Source of the DNA: a virus
Taxonomy: Duplodnaviria; Caudoviricetes
Length of the DNA: 64,000 nt
Strand: one strand, 5' to 3'
IMG/VR virus record: IMGVR_UViG_2828058034_000001
Coordinates: 2,054-66,053 of that record
The first letter of the stretch is position 1. Each line of letters opens with the position of its first letter. The position numbers and the translations under genes were made by a program. The notes under the pieces are model-generated. The model had not been told where the DNA came from. It worked only from the letters and a program-made list of their open reading frames with translations, and ran no database searches. Positions 1 through 9,476 of the stretch are shown one piece after another.

Positions 1-1639
1 AGGTGGACTGGCGGCCGCTGGCCGTCATCGTCTTGCGGATGGCCATCAACGACTGCGCCACGTCGGTCCAGCCGGCGTCGAACTCCAGCCGGCCGTTGTG
101 GATCACATCAAATGCCTTGAGTACCAGGCGCGTCTTGACCTCGGGCGAGTAGCTGAAGGTGACCAGATTCGGGAAGAACTGCTTTACCAGCTGCGCGACG
201 CCGCTGCCCATGCCGGTGGTGTCGATGCCGATGTAGGTCACCCAGTAGCGGCGCGTGATGCGCTCGATCTCGGCCGCCTGCTTGGCAAAGTCCATGCCCC
301 GGAACTGGATGCGCTCCAGCAGCCGGAACTTGCCGCCGGGCTGCTGTGGTGGTGCCAGCACGACCAGGCCGGCGGTGTCACCGGTCTCGGCCGGGTCGTA
401 GCCGATCCACACCGCGCGGTCGCCGTAGGGGCGCGCGGCGAACGGTTTGTAGTCCTGGCCCCACTCCACCCAGCTGTCGACCATGCACGGCTGCAGCATC
501 GCCAGCGGGAAGATGCTGGCGCCGTCGTCGACGAACTCGCACATCAACAGATTCGCGAACGCGTCCGGGCTGTATTCCTCGCGCAGCTCGTCGATGTCGA
601 ACAGATCGCAGCCACGGCGTTGGGCGTCGAGGATGTTGACGATCTGCCGCCACGCGCGGTCCTGGCAGCGGCGACCGCCGGCCAGCGCATCGTGCGAGAT
701 ATCGATCTGGATCCGCTGCGCCGCCGGTTTGCCCTTGTTGCGGCGCTCACCGGTCCAGAACGTGTAGGCCTCATGCGCCATGCTGGACGGTGTGCTGAAG
801 TAGGTCTTGCGCCACTTCTTGTGCATCGCCATGCCGCTGGCGACCTTGTTCAATTCGTTGAACCCGTAGGTCCAGAAGAACTCGTCGAAGTAGAAGTTGC
901 CGTGGTAGCCCTGCGCGGTGCGCGCATTGGTGCCGAGGAAGAACAGCTCGGCGCCATTCGGGAACACGATGGTGTCGCCGCCGGAGAGCGTCTCGTTGAT
1001 CGTCTCGCGCACGAACTGCTGCATGTAGCCGCGGAACAGATGCGCCTGCGCCTTGGACGCGCTGAGGAAGATCTGATTGCGCCCGGTGGTGAGCGCATCG
1101 ATCAGCGCCTCACGGGCGAAGTAGAACGTGGCGCCGATCTGGCGCGACTTGAGGATGATGCGGGTACGTTCGTTGCCCGCCCGGTACCAATCGCGCTGAT
1201 AGTCGAAGCAGCCGTCGACGAACGCCGTGGTCAGCTGCTCGATCTGCTCTTCGGTGAAGTCGTTGCGTTTGGGCTTCTTTTTCGGGGCGGCATTGCGGTT
1301 CGCCACAGCGGGATTCAGATCGGTTTCATTGCCGCCGCCCTGGTAGCGCTGGATACGCGCCTGGCGCTCCAGCTGGCGGTGCAGCAGATCAATTTCCTTG
1401 AAGTCGCCGCCGGACTTTTCCGGCTTCATGATCAGCACGACCAGGCGTGCTTCCAGTGCTCCGCCGATGCGCTCGACGTTATCTGCGCGATCCCACTCGT
1501 CACGCGACTTCCAGCTGTGTACAGTCTTCTCGTTCTCGCCGATGGCCTGCGCAATTTCGGTCACGCGCCATCCCATCCAGTACAGGAATTTCGCCTGTCT
1601 GCGAGTGTCCATCGGGAGTTGAGTGGCGACGCTGCTCAT
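1..1639 (-). CDS. P2 gpP-like terminase ATPase subunit (3' end outside window)
   Basis: Hand translation from ATG at 1639: MSSVATQLPMDTRRQAKFLYWMGWRVTEIA...; contains ILKSRQIGATFYFARE Walker-A region and YFDEFFW Walker B; missing from ORF track because it runs off the window. Confidence 0.93.
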   Translation of the reverse strand, partial: MSSVATQLPMDTRRQAKFLYWMGWRVTEIAQAIGENEKTVHSWKSRDEWDRADNVERIGGALEARLVVLIMKPEKSGGDFKEIDLLHRQLERQARIQRYQGGGNETDLNPAVANRNAAPKKKPKRNDFTEEQIEQLTTAFVDGCFDYQRDWYRAGNERTRIILKSRQIGATFYFAREALIDALTTGRNQIFLSASKAQAHLFRGYMQQFVRETINETLSGGDTIVFPNGAELFFLGTNARTAQGYHGNFYFDEFFWTYGFNELNKVASGMAMHKKWRKTYFSTPSSMAHEAYTFWTGERRNKGKPAAQRIQIDISHDALAGGRRCQDRAWRQIVNILDAQRRGCDLFDIDELREEYSPDAFANLLMCEFVDDGASIFPLAMLQPCMVDSWVEWGQDYKPFAARPYGDRAVWIGYDPAETGDTAGLVVLAPPQQPGGKFRLLERIQFRGMDFAKQAAEIERITRRYWVTYIGIDTTGMGSGVAQLVKQFFPNLVTFSYSPEVKTRLVLKAFDVIHNGRLEFDAGWTDVAQSLMAIRKTMTASGRQST

Positions 1640-1685
1640 GCAATCAGAGTGACGCGCGCGATCTATTCCCGACAGCAGCGGGCCG

Positions 1686-1704
1686 CGTAACGCGCTGAAT
1701 TACA
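1686..1704. promoter_or_regulatory. Candidate late-activator (Ogr-type) site in P/O divergent promoter
   Basis: cGTAAcgcgctgaaTTACA; same motif and spacing at 11147 and 15417. Confidence 0.55.
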
Positions 1705-1786
1705 GGCTTTTTTCGTTGCTGCGTATTGCGCAGCGTTTGACCATGCACTCATCGCATCGCAAACGCATCCAGCGCAGAGGACACGC

Positions 1787-2629
1787 ATGTCGGCCAAGGC
1801 CAAGAAGTTCCGTTCCAACTGGTTCCGCGTGGCCGTCGAAGGCGCCACCACCGATGGCCGCACGATTCAGCGCAGCTGGATCGACGACATGGCCGCCACC
1901 TACAACCGCGAGACCTACAACGCCCGCATCTGGATCGAGCACATGCGCAGCCTGCTGCCGGACTCGCCGTTCCGTGCGTATGGCGATGTCACTGCGGTCA
2001 AGGCGGAAGAGGTCGAGATCGACGGCGCCCAGCGTCTGGCGCTGTTCGCCCAGATCGAGCCGACCGCCGACCTGATCACCATCAACAAGTCCAAGCAGAA
2101 GCTCTACACCAGCATCGAGGTGCAGGAGAAGTTCGCTAATACCGGCAAGGCCTATCTGGTCGGCCTGGCCGTGACCGATTCGCCGGCCAGCCTGGGCACT
2201 TCCATGCTCAGCTTCGCCAGCCAGAACCCCGACGCCAATCCGCTGGCCGATCGCAAGCAGTCACCGGGCAACCTGTTCACCGTCGCGGAAGAAACCGCGC
2301 TGGAATTCAGCGAAGTCAGCGACGGCCCGGTCGCCAATCTGCTCAGCCGGATCCGCACCGCGCTCAAGAGCGAGGACGCCACCAGCATCACTGCCGAGCA
2401 GTTCGCCGACCTCGGCCAGGGCGTCGAAGAGATCGCCGAGCACGTGCGCGGCCAGGACGAACGCTTCAACCGCCTGCAGGCCGAACACGCCGAGCAGAAA
2501 GCCAAGCACGCGCAGCTGGCGAACGACCTGGCGCAGCTGCGCGAATCGCTCTCGCAGCAGCCCGATCCCGCACAGCCCGCACGTCCGGTGGTCACCGGCA
2601 GCGGCGCAGCCGTGCTGACCGACTGCTGA
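1787..2629 (+). CDS. Capsid scaffolding protein gpO
   Basis: SNWFRVAVEGATTDGRTI N-terminus typical of P2 gpO. Confidence 0.95.
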   Translation: MSAKAKKFRSNWFRVAVEGATTDGRTIQRSWIDDMAATYNRETYNARIWIEHMRSLLPDSPFRAYGDVTAVKAEEVEIDGAQRLALFAQIEPTADLITINKSKQKLYTSIEVQEKFANTGKAYLVGLAVTDSPASLGTSMLSFASQNPDANPLADRKQSPGNLFTVAEETALEFSEVSDGPVANLLSRIRTALKSEDATSITAEQFADLGQGVEEIAEHVRGQDERFNRLQAEHAEQKAKHAQLANDLAQLRESLSQQPDPAQPARPVVTGSGAAVLTDC

Positions 2630-2675
2630 TCCCACACACCACATACGCCGCCAGCGCCCCACTTTCGGAGCCACA

Positions 2676-3695
2676 ATGCAAAACGCCACCCGCCTGCAGT
2701 TCAATCAGTTCGCCGAGCAGATCGCCAAGCTCAACGGCATCACCTCCGCTTTCCACTCGTTCGCCGTCGATCCGACCGTGCAGCAGAAGCTGGAATCGCG
2801 CATGCAGGAATCGAGCGAGTTCCTGTCCAAGATCAACATCATCCCGGTAGATGAACTGTCCGGGCAGAAGGTGGGCATCGGCGTCACTGGCAGCATCGCC
2901 AGCCGCACCGACACCGGCGCCGGCAAGACCCGCACCCCGCGCAGCGTCGCCGCGCTCGACAAGAACGAGTACGTCGCCAAGAAGACCGACTTCGACACCG
3001 CGATTCCGTATGCGCTGCTCGATACCTGGGCCAAGTTCCCGGACTTCCAGGCGCGCCTGCGCGATGCCATCGTCAAGCGCCAGGCACTGGACCGCCTGCA
3101 GATTGGCTTTAACGGCACGCACGCCGCTGCCGACACCGACCGCGCTGCGTTCCCGCTGCTGGAGGACGTCAACATCGGCTGGCTGCAGCAGTACCGCACT
3201 AACGCCGCTCAGCGCGTGCTGGCCAGCGGCAAGGCTGCCGGCAAGGTGGTCATCGGCGGCGCCGCTGCCGGCGCTGACTACGCCAACCTCGATGCGCTGG
3301 TGTTCGACGTGGTGAGCAACCTGCTCGATCCGTGGCACCGCAAAGACCCGAGCCTGGTCGTGGTGCTTGGCCGCGACCTGATGCACGACAAGTATTTCCC
3401 AATGGTCAACAAGGATCAGCCGGCCAGCGAGAAGATCGCAACCGACCTGATCCTGAGCCAGCGCCGCGTCGGCGGCCTGCCGGTGGCCGAGGTGCCGTAC
3501 CTGCCGGATGGCGCGTTGATGGTCACCTCGCTGGCGAACCTGTCGATCTACTACCAGACCGGTGGCCGTCGCCGTTACATCCAGGAAGTGCCGGCACGCG
3601 ATCGCATCGAGAACTACGAGTCCTCCAACGATGCCTACGTGGTCGAAGACTACGGCCTGGGCTGTGTGGTCGAGCACATCGAGATCGAGGCCTAA
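2676..3695 (+). CDS. Major capsid protein gpN (P2 family)
   Basis: VDPTVQQKLE, IASRTDT, DRLQIGFNG, NIGWLQ, IENYESSNDAYVVED motifs. Confidence 0.96.
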   Translation: MQNATRLQFNQFAEQIAKLNGITSAFHSFAVDPTVQQKLESRMQESSEFLSKINIIPVDELSGQKVGIGVTGSIASRTDTGAGKTRTPRSVAALDKNEYVAKKTDFDTAIPYALLDTWAKFPDFQARLRDAIVKRQALDRLQIGFNGTHAAADTDRAAFPLLEDVNIGWLQQYRTNAAQRVLASGKAAGKVVIGGAAAGADYANLDALVFDVVSNLLDPWHRKDPSLVVVLGRDLMHDKYFPMVNKDQPASEKIATDLILSQRRVGGLPVAEVPYLPDGALMVTSLANLSIYYQTGGRRRYIQEVPARDRIENYESSNDAYVVEDYGLGCVVEHIEIEA

Positions 3696-3698
3696 GCC

Positions 3699-4418
3699 AT
3701 GGCCGACAGTCCCGCCAAGCGCCACCACAGCCGCGTGCTCGCCGAGCTGGAAGCCGCCCAACGCGCCCCGCACCAGCTGATGGCCGGTGCAACCGCCTAC
3801 GAGCAGTACATGGCGCAGCTGCAAAGCGATCGCCTGCGCTTGAAGCAGATCCAGTCCACCCAAGGCAAGGCTGCGCTCAAGGCGCAGCTGCTGCCGGCCT
3901 ACGTGCCGTATCTGGCCGGGGTGCTGGCCGGCGGCCAAGGCGCGCAGGACGAGGTCGTCATGACGTGCATGGTGTGGCGCATTGATGCCGGCGACTATGC
4001 CGGCGCGCTGGAGCTGGGCGCCTATGTGCTCAAGCACAGCTTGCAGATGCCTGACCGCTTTTCCCGCACGGTGGGCTGCGTGCTGGCCGAGGAAGTCGCC
4101 GAGGCGGCGTTGTCAGCGCAGAAGACCGGCCAGGCGTTCGATGCGGCCGTGCTGGCCGACACCGCCACGCTGACCGCCGAGCAGGACATGCCCGACGAGG
4201 TACGCGCCAAGGTGCACCTAGCGCTGGCCCGCGCCTGCCTGGCGGGCATCGCCGACGAGACACCGGCCGACCAGGCGCAGCCCGTCGTGGCGGCGGCTGT
4301 GGCCGACCTGCAGCGCGCCATCGCACTGCACGGCAGCTGCGGCGGCAAGAAAGATCTGGAGCGCGCCGAGCGACTCCTGAAGAAGTTCAGCGCTGAGCCT
4401 GCGGGCACCAGCGCATAA
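3699..4418 (+). CDS. Terminase small/endonuclease subunit gpM
   Basis: SPAKRH N-terminus, MVWRIDAGDYAGAL, CGGKKDLERAER. Confidence 0.93.
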   Translation: MADSPAKRHHSRVLAELEAAQRAPHQLMAGATAYEQYMAQLQSDRLRLKQIQSTQGKAALKAQLLPAYVPYLAGVLAGGQGAQDEVVMTCMVWRIDAGDYAGALELGAYVLKHSLQMPDRFSRTVGCVLAEEVAEAALSAQKTGQAFDAAVLADTATLTAEQDMPDEVRAKVHLALARACLAGIADETPADQAQPVVAAAVADLQRAIALHGSCGGKKDLERAERLLKKFSAEPAGTSA

Positions 4419-4515
4419 CCGAGCGTCCCCGCAACCCTCGCCGGCTCGGGGCCGATCCACAGCAATTTTCGCTGCGGTGACGCCCCGACCACCGGCGATC
4501 TATTCCGAGCCATCC

Positions 4516-4983
4516 ATGAGCGGATTCACTGCCACCGGCACCACCAGCGCCGCGCCTGATGCGATCGCCAATGCGCCGTTCTGGCCAGCGATTGCACCGG
4601 CCAAGCTGCGCGCCAGCATGCGCCTGGATGGCACAGTTACCGATCCGCGTCTGCGCCAGGCCATCGTCGCCGCCATGCTGGCGGTCAACGATGAGCTGCA
4701 GGCCTGGGCGGATAAGCAGCAGGCGGCCGGCTACGCGGCGTTGGCCGATGTGCCCAGCACCACCATCGATGGCCTCTCCCGCCGCGTACAGCTGTACCTG
4801 CGCGCCGTGGCATGTGCCACCGCCGTCGAGGTGGCAGAGCGCTACCGCAGCTTCGACGCCACCGACAGCGCCAACCAGCGCGCCGACAACCTATCGCCGA
4901 GCATCACCGAACTGCGCCGCGACCAGCGCTGGGCCGTGCGCGATCTGCAGAACCTGCCGCGCAGCACAGTGGAACTCATCTGA
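4516..4983 (+). CDS. Head completion protein gpL
   Basis: FWPAI...RLDGTVTDPRLRQA, ERYRSFDAT; ATG at 4516. Confidence 0.9.
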   Translation: MSGFTATGTTSAAPDAIANAPFWPAIAPAKLRASMRLDGTVTDPRLRQAIVAAMLAVNDELQAWADKQQAAGYAALADVPSTTIDGLSRRVQLYLRAVACATAVEVAERYRSFDATDSANQRADNLSPSITELRRDQRWAVRDLQNLPRSTVELI

Positions 4984-5192
4984 TGCGCGTGCATGCCATG
5001 CAAGGCGACACCGTCGACCTGCTGTGCTGGCGCCACCTGGGCAGCACGGCCGGCTTGGTCGAGCGCACCTACCTCCTCAATCCCGGCCTGGCCGAACTGG
5101 GCGCCGTGCTGCCGCATGGCACGCCAGTGAAGTTGCCCGAGGTAACCACCACCACAGCGGCGATGACGCCGCTCGTGCAGCTATGGGACTGA
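4983..5192 (+). CDS. Tail protein gpX
   Basis: MRVHAMQGDTVDLLCWRHLG...NPGLAELG; TGATG coupling to gpL. Confidence 0.92.
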   Translation: MRVHAMQGDTVDLLCWRHLGSTAGLVERTYLLNPGLAELGAVLPHGTPVKLPEVTTTTAAMTPLVQLWD

Positions 5193-5196
5193 CCTG

Positions 5197-5553
5197 ATGA
5201 CCGAACCCACCTCCGTATCGAGCGGCTTTTTGATCGCCACCGGTGTGGGCCTTGCCTCCGTGCTGCCCGGCATCGACGGCGACGCGCTGATCGGCGCCTT
5301 TGCCGGCGGCGCGCTGTTCGTGGTGTCCGCCGCCAAGCAACCGCTGCTGGCGCGGCTGATCTATTTCCCGGTGAGCGTGATCGCCGGCTATCAGCTGGCG
5401 CCGGAGCTCCTGCGCTGGTTGCCGATCAAGTCCAGCGGCGTGGCGGCCTTCGCCAGCGCGGCGTGCGCCATCACGGTGACGCTGGGCCTGATCGAAAAGA
5501 GCAAGTCCTTCGACTTTTCCTTCCTACGCCGTGGAGGTCCGCCCAGTGCATAG
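5197..5553 (+). CDS. Putative holin
   Basis: Three hydrophobic segments, GAFAGGALFV motif, first gene of lysis cassette. Confidence 0.75.
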   Translation: MTEPTSVSSGFLIATGVGLASVLPGIDGDALIGAFAGGALFVVSAAKQPLLARLIYFPVSVIAGYQLAPELLRWLPIKSSGVAAFASAACAITVTLGLIEKSKSFDFSFLRRGGPPSA

Positions 5554-5821
5554 CCTGGTCACCGTCCTGACGTTGATGGCCTCGCTCGCCATCTGCGTCC
5601 GCCTGCTTACCTACCACCGGCCCGTCGATGCGCGCCATCGACGCGGCGCGGGCTGGTGCGCGTGGCTGCTGATCGCCAGCACCGGCGGTCAAGCGCTGCA
5701 CATCCTGCTGGCCGGCGCCGGCTCGCAGGTCAGTCTTTGGCACCTGGGCACGTTGATCGTGCTGGCGGTGCTCACCTACCGCGCCCAGGGCAATGTGGCG
5801 CGCATCCTCAAGGTCGATTGA
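5546..5821 (+). CDS. Second membrane lysis protein (holin/antiholin-like)
   Basis: Multi-TM, between holin and endolysin; GTG start at 5546; ends GNVARIL. Confidence 0.7.
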   Translation: MHSLVTVLTLMASLAICVRLLTYHRPVDARHRRGAGWCAWLLIASTGGQALHILLAGAGSQVSLWHLGTLIVLAVLTYRAQGNVARILKVD

Positions 5822-6459
5822 TGTTCACCGATACCCAGCTCGCCTCGATCATGCAGTGCTCCGCGCAACGCGCACAGCGCTGGCACGGCCCACTGCTTGC
5901 CGCCGCCAACCGCTTCGGCATCACCACCAAGCGCCGCGCCGCGCATTGGCTCGGCCAGGTCGGTCACGAAAGCCTGAGCCTGTCGCGCATGGAAGAAGGG
6001 CTGACCTACACCACCAGCGCTCGACTGTTGGAGGTGTTTGGCGCGCGGATCACACCTGCCCAGGCGCCCAAGTTCCTGCGCAACCCGGTCGGCCTGGCCA
6101 ACTTCGTCTACGCCGACCGCTTGGGCAATGGCAACGAAGCCAGCGGCGATGGCTATCGCCACCGGGGCCGCGGCCCGATGCAGCACACCTTCCGTGGCAA
6201 CTACCGCCGTATCGGTGAGCTGATCGGCCTGCCCGTCGAAGACCAGCCCGACCTGTTGCTGCAGATCGAGCCAAGCGCACTGGGCGCGGCAGCGTACTGG
6301 CACGACAACGGCCTCAACGCGCTGGCCGATACGGGGGACGTGCTGGGTCTGGGCCGCAAGATCAACCTGGGCAACGTACGCGCCAAGCGCTTGCCGGAAG
6401 GCCACAGCGATCGCGTCACGCGCACGCAGCGCGCCCTGCAGATTCTGGGCGTCAGCTGA
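5821..6459 (+). CDS. Glycoside hydrolase family 19 endolysin
   Basis: WLGQVGHES, GNGNEASGDGYRHRGRGPMQHTFRGNY motifs. Confidence 0.92.
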   Translation: MFTDTQLASIMQCSAQRAQRWHGPLLAAANRFGITTKRRAAHWLGQVGHESLSLSRMEEGLTYTTSARLLEVFGARITPAQAPKFLRNPVGLANFVYADRLGNGNEASGDGYRHRGRGPMQHTFRGNYRRIGELIGLPVEDQPDLLLQIEPSALGAAAYWHDNGLNALADTGDVLGLGRKINLGNVRAKRLPEGHSDRVTRTQRALQILGVS

Positions 6460-6947
6460 TGGTCACGCGCCTGATCATCCTGCTGGCGCTTATTGCAGTG
6501 CTCGTCGGTGGCTGCGTGTGGCAGGAGCGGCGCGTCAGCGCCGCGCAGAAAGATCACGATGCCGCGCTGCAGGCCAAGCGCCAGGCCGAGGCGGAACGCG
6601 ACAGCGCCAAAGGCTCCACCACCGTCGTGACGCAGTACGTCGACCGCGTGCAGATCGTGCGCGAGGCCGGCGCCACCATCACCCGCGAGATCCCGATCTA
6701 TGTCACCCAGAAAGCAGACGCTGCTTGCGCTGTCCCTGCTGGCTTTGTGCGGCTGCACGACGCCGCCGCCTCGGGCCACCCTGCCGGGCCGCCCACCGCA
6801 GATCCTGATGCACCGGCCGCCGGCATTACGCTCTCTGGCATTACCGGCACCGTCGCCGACAACTACACCAGCTGCCACGCCACCGCCGCGCAGCTGAGCG
6901 CGCTGCAGGACTGGATCGATCTGCATCTGCCGGCAGCGGCGCCATGA
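6459..6947 (+). CDS. Rz-like inner-membrane spanin (LysB)
   Basis: N-terminal TM, TVVTQYVDRV, CAVPAGFVRLHDAAA, C-terminal Cys/QLSALQDWI. Confidence 0.85.
   Translation: MVTRLIILLALIAVLVGGCVWQERRVSAAQKDHDAALQAKRQAEAERDSAKGSTTVVTQYVDRVQIVREAGATITREIPIYVTQKADAACAVPAGFVRLHDAAASGHPAGPPTADPDAPAAGITLSGITGTVADNYTSCHATAAQLSALQDWIDLHLPAAAP
6700..6897 (+). CDS. Rz1-like outer-membrane spanin lipoprotein embedded in Rz
   Basis: Signal peptide LLALSLLALCGC lipobox followed by Pro-rich mature part, in an alternative frame of Rz. Confidence 0.75.
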   Translation: MSPRKQTLLALSLLALCGCTTPPPRATLPGRPPQILMHRPPALRSLALPAPSPTTTPAATPPPRS

Positions 6948-7363
6948 TCAAGCCAGCCAGCCTGCGCGCGCATCTGGTGGCGGCACTGCCCGACCTGGCA
7001 CGTGATGCTGACCGGCTGCTGGTGTTCATCGACGCCGGCAGCCTGGTCAGCACGTTCCAGCCGGGGCTGTCGTTCGAGTACCAATACACGCTCAACCTGA
7101 TCGTGACCGACTACGCCGGCCACCCGGACAGCGTGATGCTGCCGCTGCTGGAATGGGTGCAGGCCAATCAGTCCGAGCTGCTGTCCAACCCCGCACGCCG
7201 TGGCGACATTGCCTTCGAGGCCGACATCCTCGCCAACGATGCGGTGGATCTGTCGATCAAGCTGCCGCTGACCGAACGGGTGGTCGTGACGGCGAAGGAC
7301 GGCGGCGGCTACGACATCACCCATGCACCCGAGCCGGTGATCGATCCGACATGGATGACTTGA
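6944..7363 (+). CDS. Tail completion protein gpR
   Basis: MIKPASLRAHL, LSFEYQYTLNL, LSIKLPLTERVVV. Confidence 0.93.
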   Translation: MIKPASLRAHLVAALPDLARDADRLLVFIDAGSLVSTFQPGLSFEYQYTLNLIVTDYAGHPDSVMLPLLEWVQANQSELLSNPARRGDIAFEADILANDAVDLSIKLPLTERVVVTAKDGGGYDITHAPEPVIDPTWMT

Positions 7364-7806
7364 CCGCACTGGAGACCTGGGCTGCACCGTTGCTAGCACG
7401 CCTGCAAGAGGGCGAACGACTCAAGTTGGCCCGCAAGATCGGCACCGCGTTGCGGCGCTCGCAAAGCCAGCGCATCGGCAAGCAGCAGGCACCGGACGGC
7501 ACTCCCTACGCACCACGCAAGCAGCAACTGCGGGATAAGGCGGGCAGAGTCAAAAGCAAGAAGATGTTTGCCAAGCTGCGGCAGGCCAAGTACTTCAAGG
7601 TCAGCGCCAGCCCTAACCTGGTGAGCGTGGGATTCATGGGGCGCGTATCGCGCATCGCACGTGTGCATCAAGAGGGACTAACCGAGCAAATTCGATCTGA
7701 AGGGCCGAAGGCGCGCTACGAAAAGCGCATTTTGCTAGGTCTCACAAACAAGGACTTAGCGAACATCCGTGACGTCCTGATCACGCACGTGATTCCTGGT
7801 CTCTGA
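7287..7806 (+). repeat. Direct repeat copy 1 (3' end of gpR + gpS)
   Basis: Aligns with 9477-9990 at offset 2190; high identity to about 7685, diverged afterwards. Confidence 0.95.
7351..7806 (+). CDS. Virion morphogenesis protein gpS (copy 1)
   Basis: SQSQRIGKQQAPDGTPYAPRK, KMFAKLR, IARVHQEG. Confidence 0.92.
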   Translation: MDDLTALETWAAPLLARLQEGERLKLARKIGTALRRSQSQRIGKQQAPDGTPYAPRKQQLRDKAGRVKSKKMFAKLRQAKYFKVSASPNLVSVGFMGRVSRIARVHQEGLTEQIRSEGPKARYEKRILLGLTNKDLANIRDVLITHVIPGL

Positions 7807-8001
7807 CGATCCCCCAAATGACCTGGTGCTGGGCCAAGTCTGAGGACAATAACAACTCTGTTATCAAAGCAAAGGTTGGCTGATCTCTGCCCTACGTTCA
7901 CAGCCTAAGAAATTTGTTGACATCCCGTGAAGGATATGTGATCAATATTGAACGCAAACTTCACTTTATATTTCATTTTTAAACTAAGTCATGGAGGGCT
8001 A

Positions 8002-8889
8002 GTGAAAAAGATTTACATTTTTTCTATCGCGGCCATTATCGCGCTAGGGTTTTTTTCCTTATTAATATTTAACCGCGGCCAGGGCCACAGCCAGCTGACT
8101 GGTAAAAATGAGAGTGTCGAGAATACAGAGCGCAAGGATGACCCATCAAACGAGGCAGCTGTTGTCGCGCGGCAGCCTTCAAATTGGGCGTCTAAACCAT
8201 CCTCGGAAATCGACCGTGATTTTAATGAGCTGAAGAGTCGCGCGGAAACAGGAGACCCTATAGCTCAACGGCAACTTGCCGAAACCTACGAGCGATGCTC
8301 TATCTATAGCGTCTCACCTGAAAATTATGCAAAAACTTTAGATGGTTTTGCGAAGATAAAGAACGAAAATAAGTCACGTTATGAAGAAATAAAGAAGAGG
8401 ACTTCGCATTATTGCAGCGCTATCGATGGCGGAAATATAATTCCTAGCTCAGCTTCTGAGCTTTGGTATGCAGAAGCTGCAAAAAATGGAGACCTCATCG
8501 CTCAGTTAAAAACCGCAGCACATGCTTCGGTACCGTCGAGCGCTTATAAGGGATTATTAGAGGAAACCCTGAAGAGCAAAGATCCTGAGGCCATGTTCGC
8601 TGTTGACGAAATGCTGGCCAACGCTAAAGGCGAGATTGACCTTGGCAACTACTCACCTACTTCTGGTGGAAATTATTCAGAGTATTCTTGGGCGCTAGCT
8701 GCTTGTGAAGCGGGTGCTGATTGCGGGCCTGGCTCGTATCGAATGGATTCAATGTGTGTGAATTTTGGCGTTTGCGATTCAGCCAACTACAAAGATCTTA
8801 TTAGAAAACACTTCGTCCCACCGAGTCAGTTGAAAGTTATTGACAAAGATATCGAGAGAATCAAATTACTTTCTAATAATTCAAAATAA
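8002..8889 (+). CDS. Membrane-anchored/exported Cys-rich protein with Sel1-like helices (cargo)
   Basis: GGAGG then GTG at 8002; N-terminal TM; AETGDPIAQRQLAETYERC and WYAEAAKNGDLIAQ Sel1-like motifs; WALAACEAGADCG; AT-rich. Confidence 0.75.
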   Translation: MKKIYIFSIAAIIALGFFSLLIFNRGQGHSQLTGKNESVENTERKDDPSNEAAVVARQPSNWASKPSSEIDRDFNELKSRAETGDPIAQRQLAETYERCSIYSVSPENYAKTLDGFAKIKNENKSRYEEIKKRTSHYCSAIDGGNIIPSSASELWYAEAAKNGDLIAQLKTAAHASVPSSAYKGLLEETLKSKDPEAMFAVDEMLANAKGEIDLGNYSPTSGGNYSEYSWALAACEAGADCGPGSYRMDSMCVNFGVCDSANYKDLIRKHFVPPSQLKVIDKDIERIKLLSNNSK

Positions 8890-8900
8890 AATGGACTTAC

Positions 8901-9368
8901 ATGACTACCGTGAAGAAGAGTTTTTCCAAGACTGCATGGATACTAGCACTACTATTGGCAAGCCTCACCGCTATAGCCGCCACGATCACAATTCGAGCTG
9001 GTGACGCTCCGTACAACCAAGTTCCTGTAGCGCAGGGCATTACAGTCTTGCATGAATCAGAACTTAGAGTTGCTGCGCTCTTCGGTCTTTCCGGTGCATA
9101 CAGAATACTTCATGGACCCGCCTCTCTCCCACGAGGAACTACATTCAAAGTTTATTACTCTGACATGTCGAGTGAGGATGCGACAGTAGCTTGTGTCGGA
9201 GGTACGGTTTGCGTCATCCCGGTTAATGGAACACAGCGTCGAGATGACGGAACTCCGATTCGCGGTGGCGGTAATGGTAACGGCGGCAGTAACGGCGGCA
9301 GTGGCGGCGGCACGCCTCCGCCTGGTGGCGGAGTTGTAATCGTTGGACCTCCAACACACGAACCGTAA
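8901..9368 (+). CDS. Small secreted protein with Gly-rich C-terminal linker (cargo)
   Basis: Signal peptide WILALLLASLTAIA; CVGGTVC; GGGNGNGGSNGGSGGG tail ending GGVVIVGPPTHEP. Confidence 0.75.
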   Translation: MTTVKKSFSKTAWILALLLASLTAIAATITIRAGDAPYNQVPVAQGITVLHESELRVAALFGLSGAYRILHGPASLPRGTTFKVYYSDMSSEDATVACVGGTVCVIPVNGTQRRDDGTPIRGGGNGNGGSNGGSGGGTPPPGGGVVIVGPPTHEP

Positions 9369-9414
9369 TAGTTTAGAGACGTGTAAAGAATGATTTTCGA
9401 AATATTTTTGTCAG

Positions 9415-9444
9415 GCCGCCCTGAGTAAGGGCGGCTTTTTTTTC
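9415..9444 (+). terminator. Rho-independent terminator
   Basis: GCCGCCCT-gagta-AGGGCGGC followed by T8. Confidence 0.9.
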
Positions 9445-9476
9445 CAATAGCCTAGGTTCTCTTAATAATTATGTGA

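Noticed and set aside
98-1690. 530-aa plus-strand ORF
   Set aside because: Antisense shadow of the gpP terminase, which is missing from the track only because it runs off the window
2592-4037. 481-aa minus-strand ORF
   Set aside because: Antisense shadow of gpN/gpM in GC-rich DNA
9265-9335. GGCGGC/AACGGC tandem repeats as a phase-variable SSR or CRISPR
   Set aside because: They encode the Gly/Asn linker; imperfect and in-frame, with no spacers
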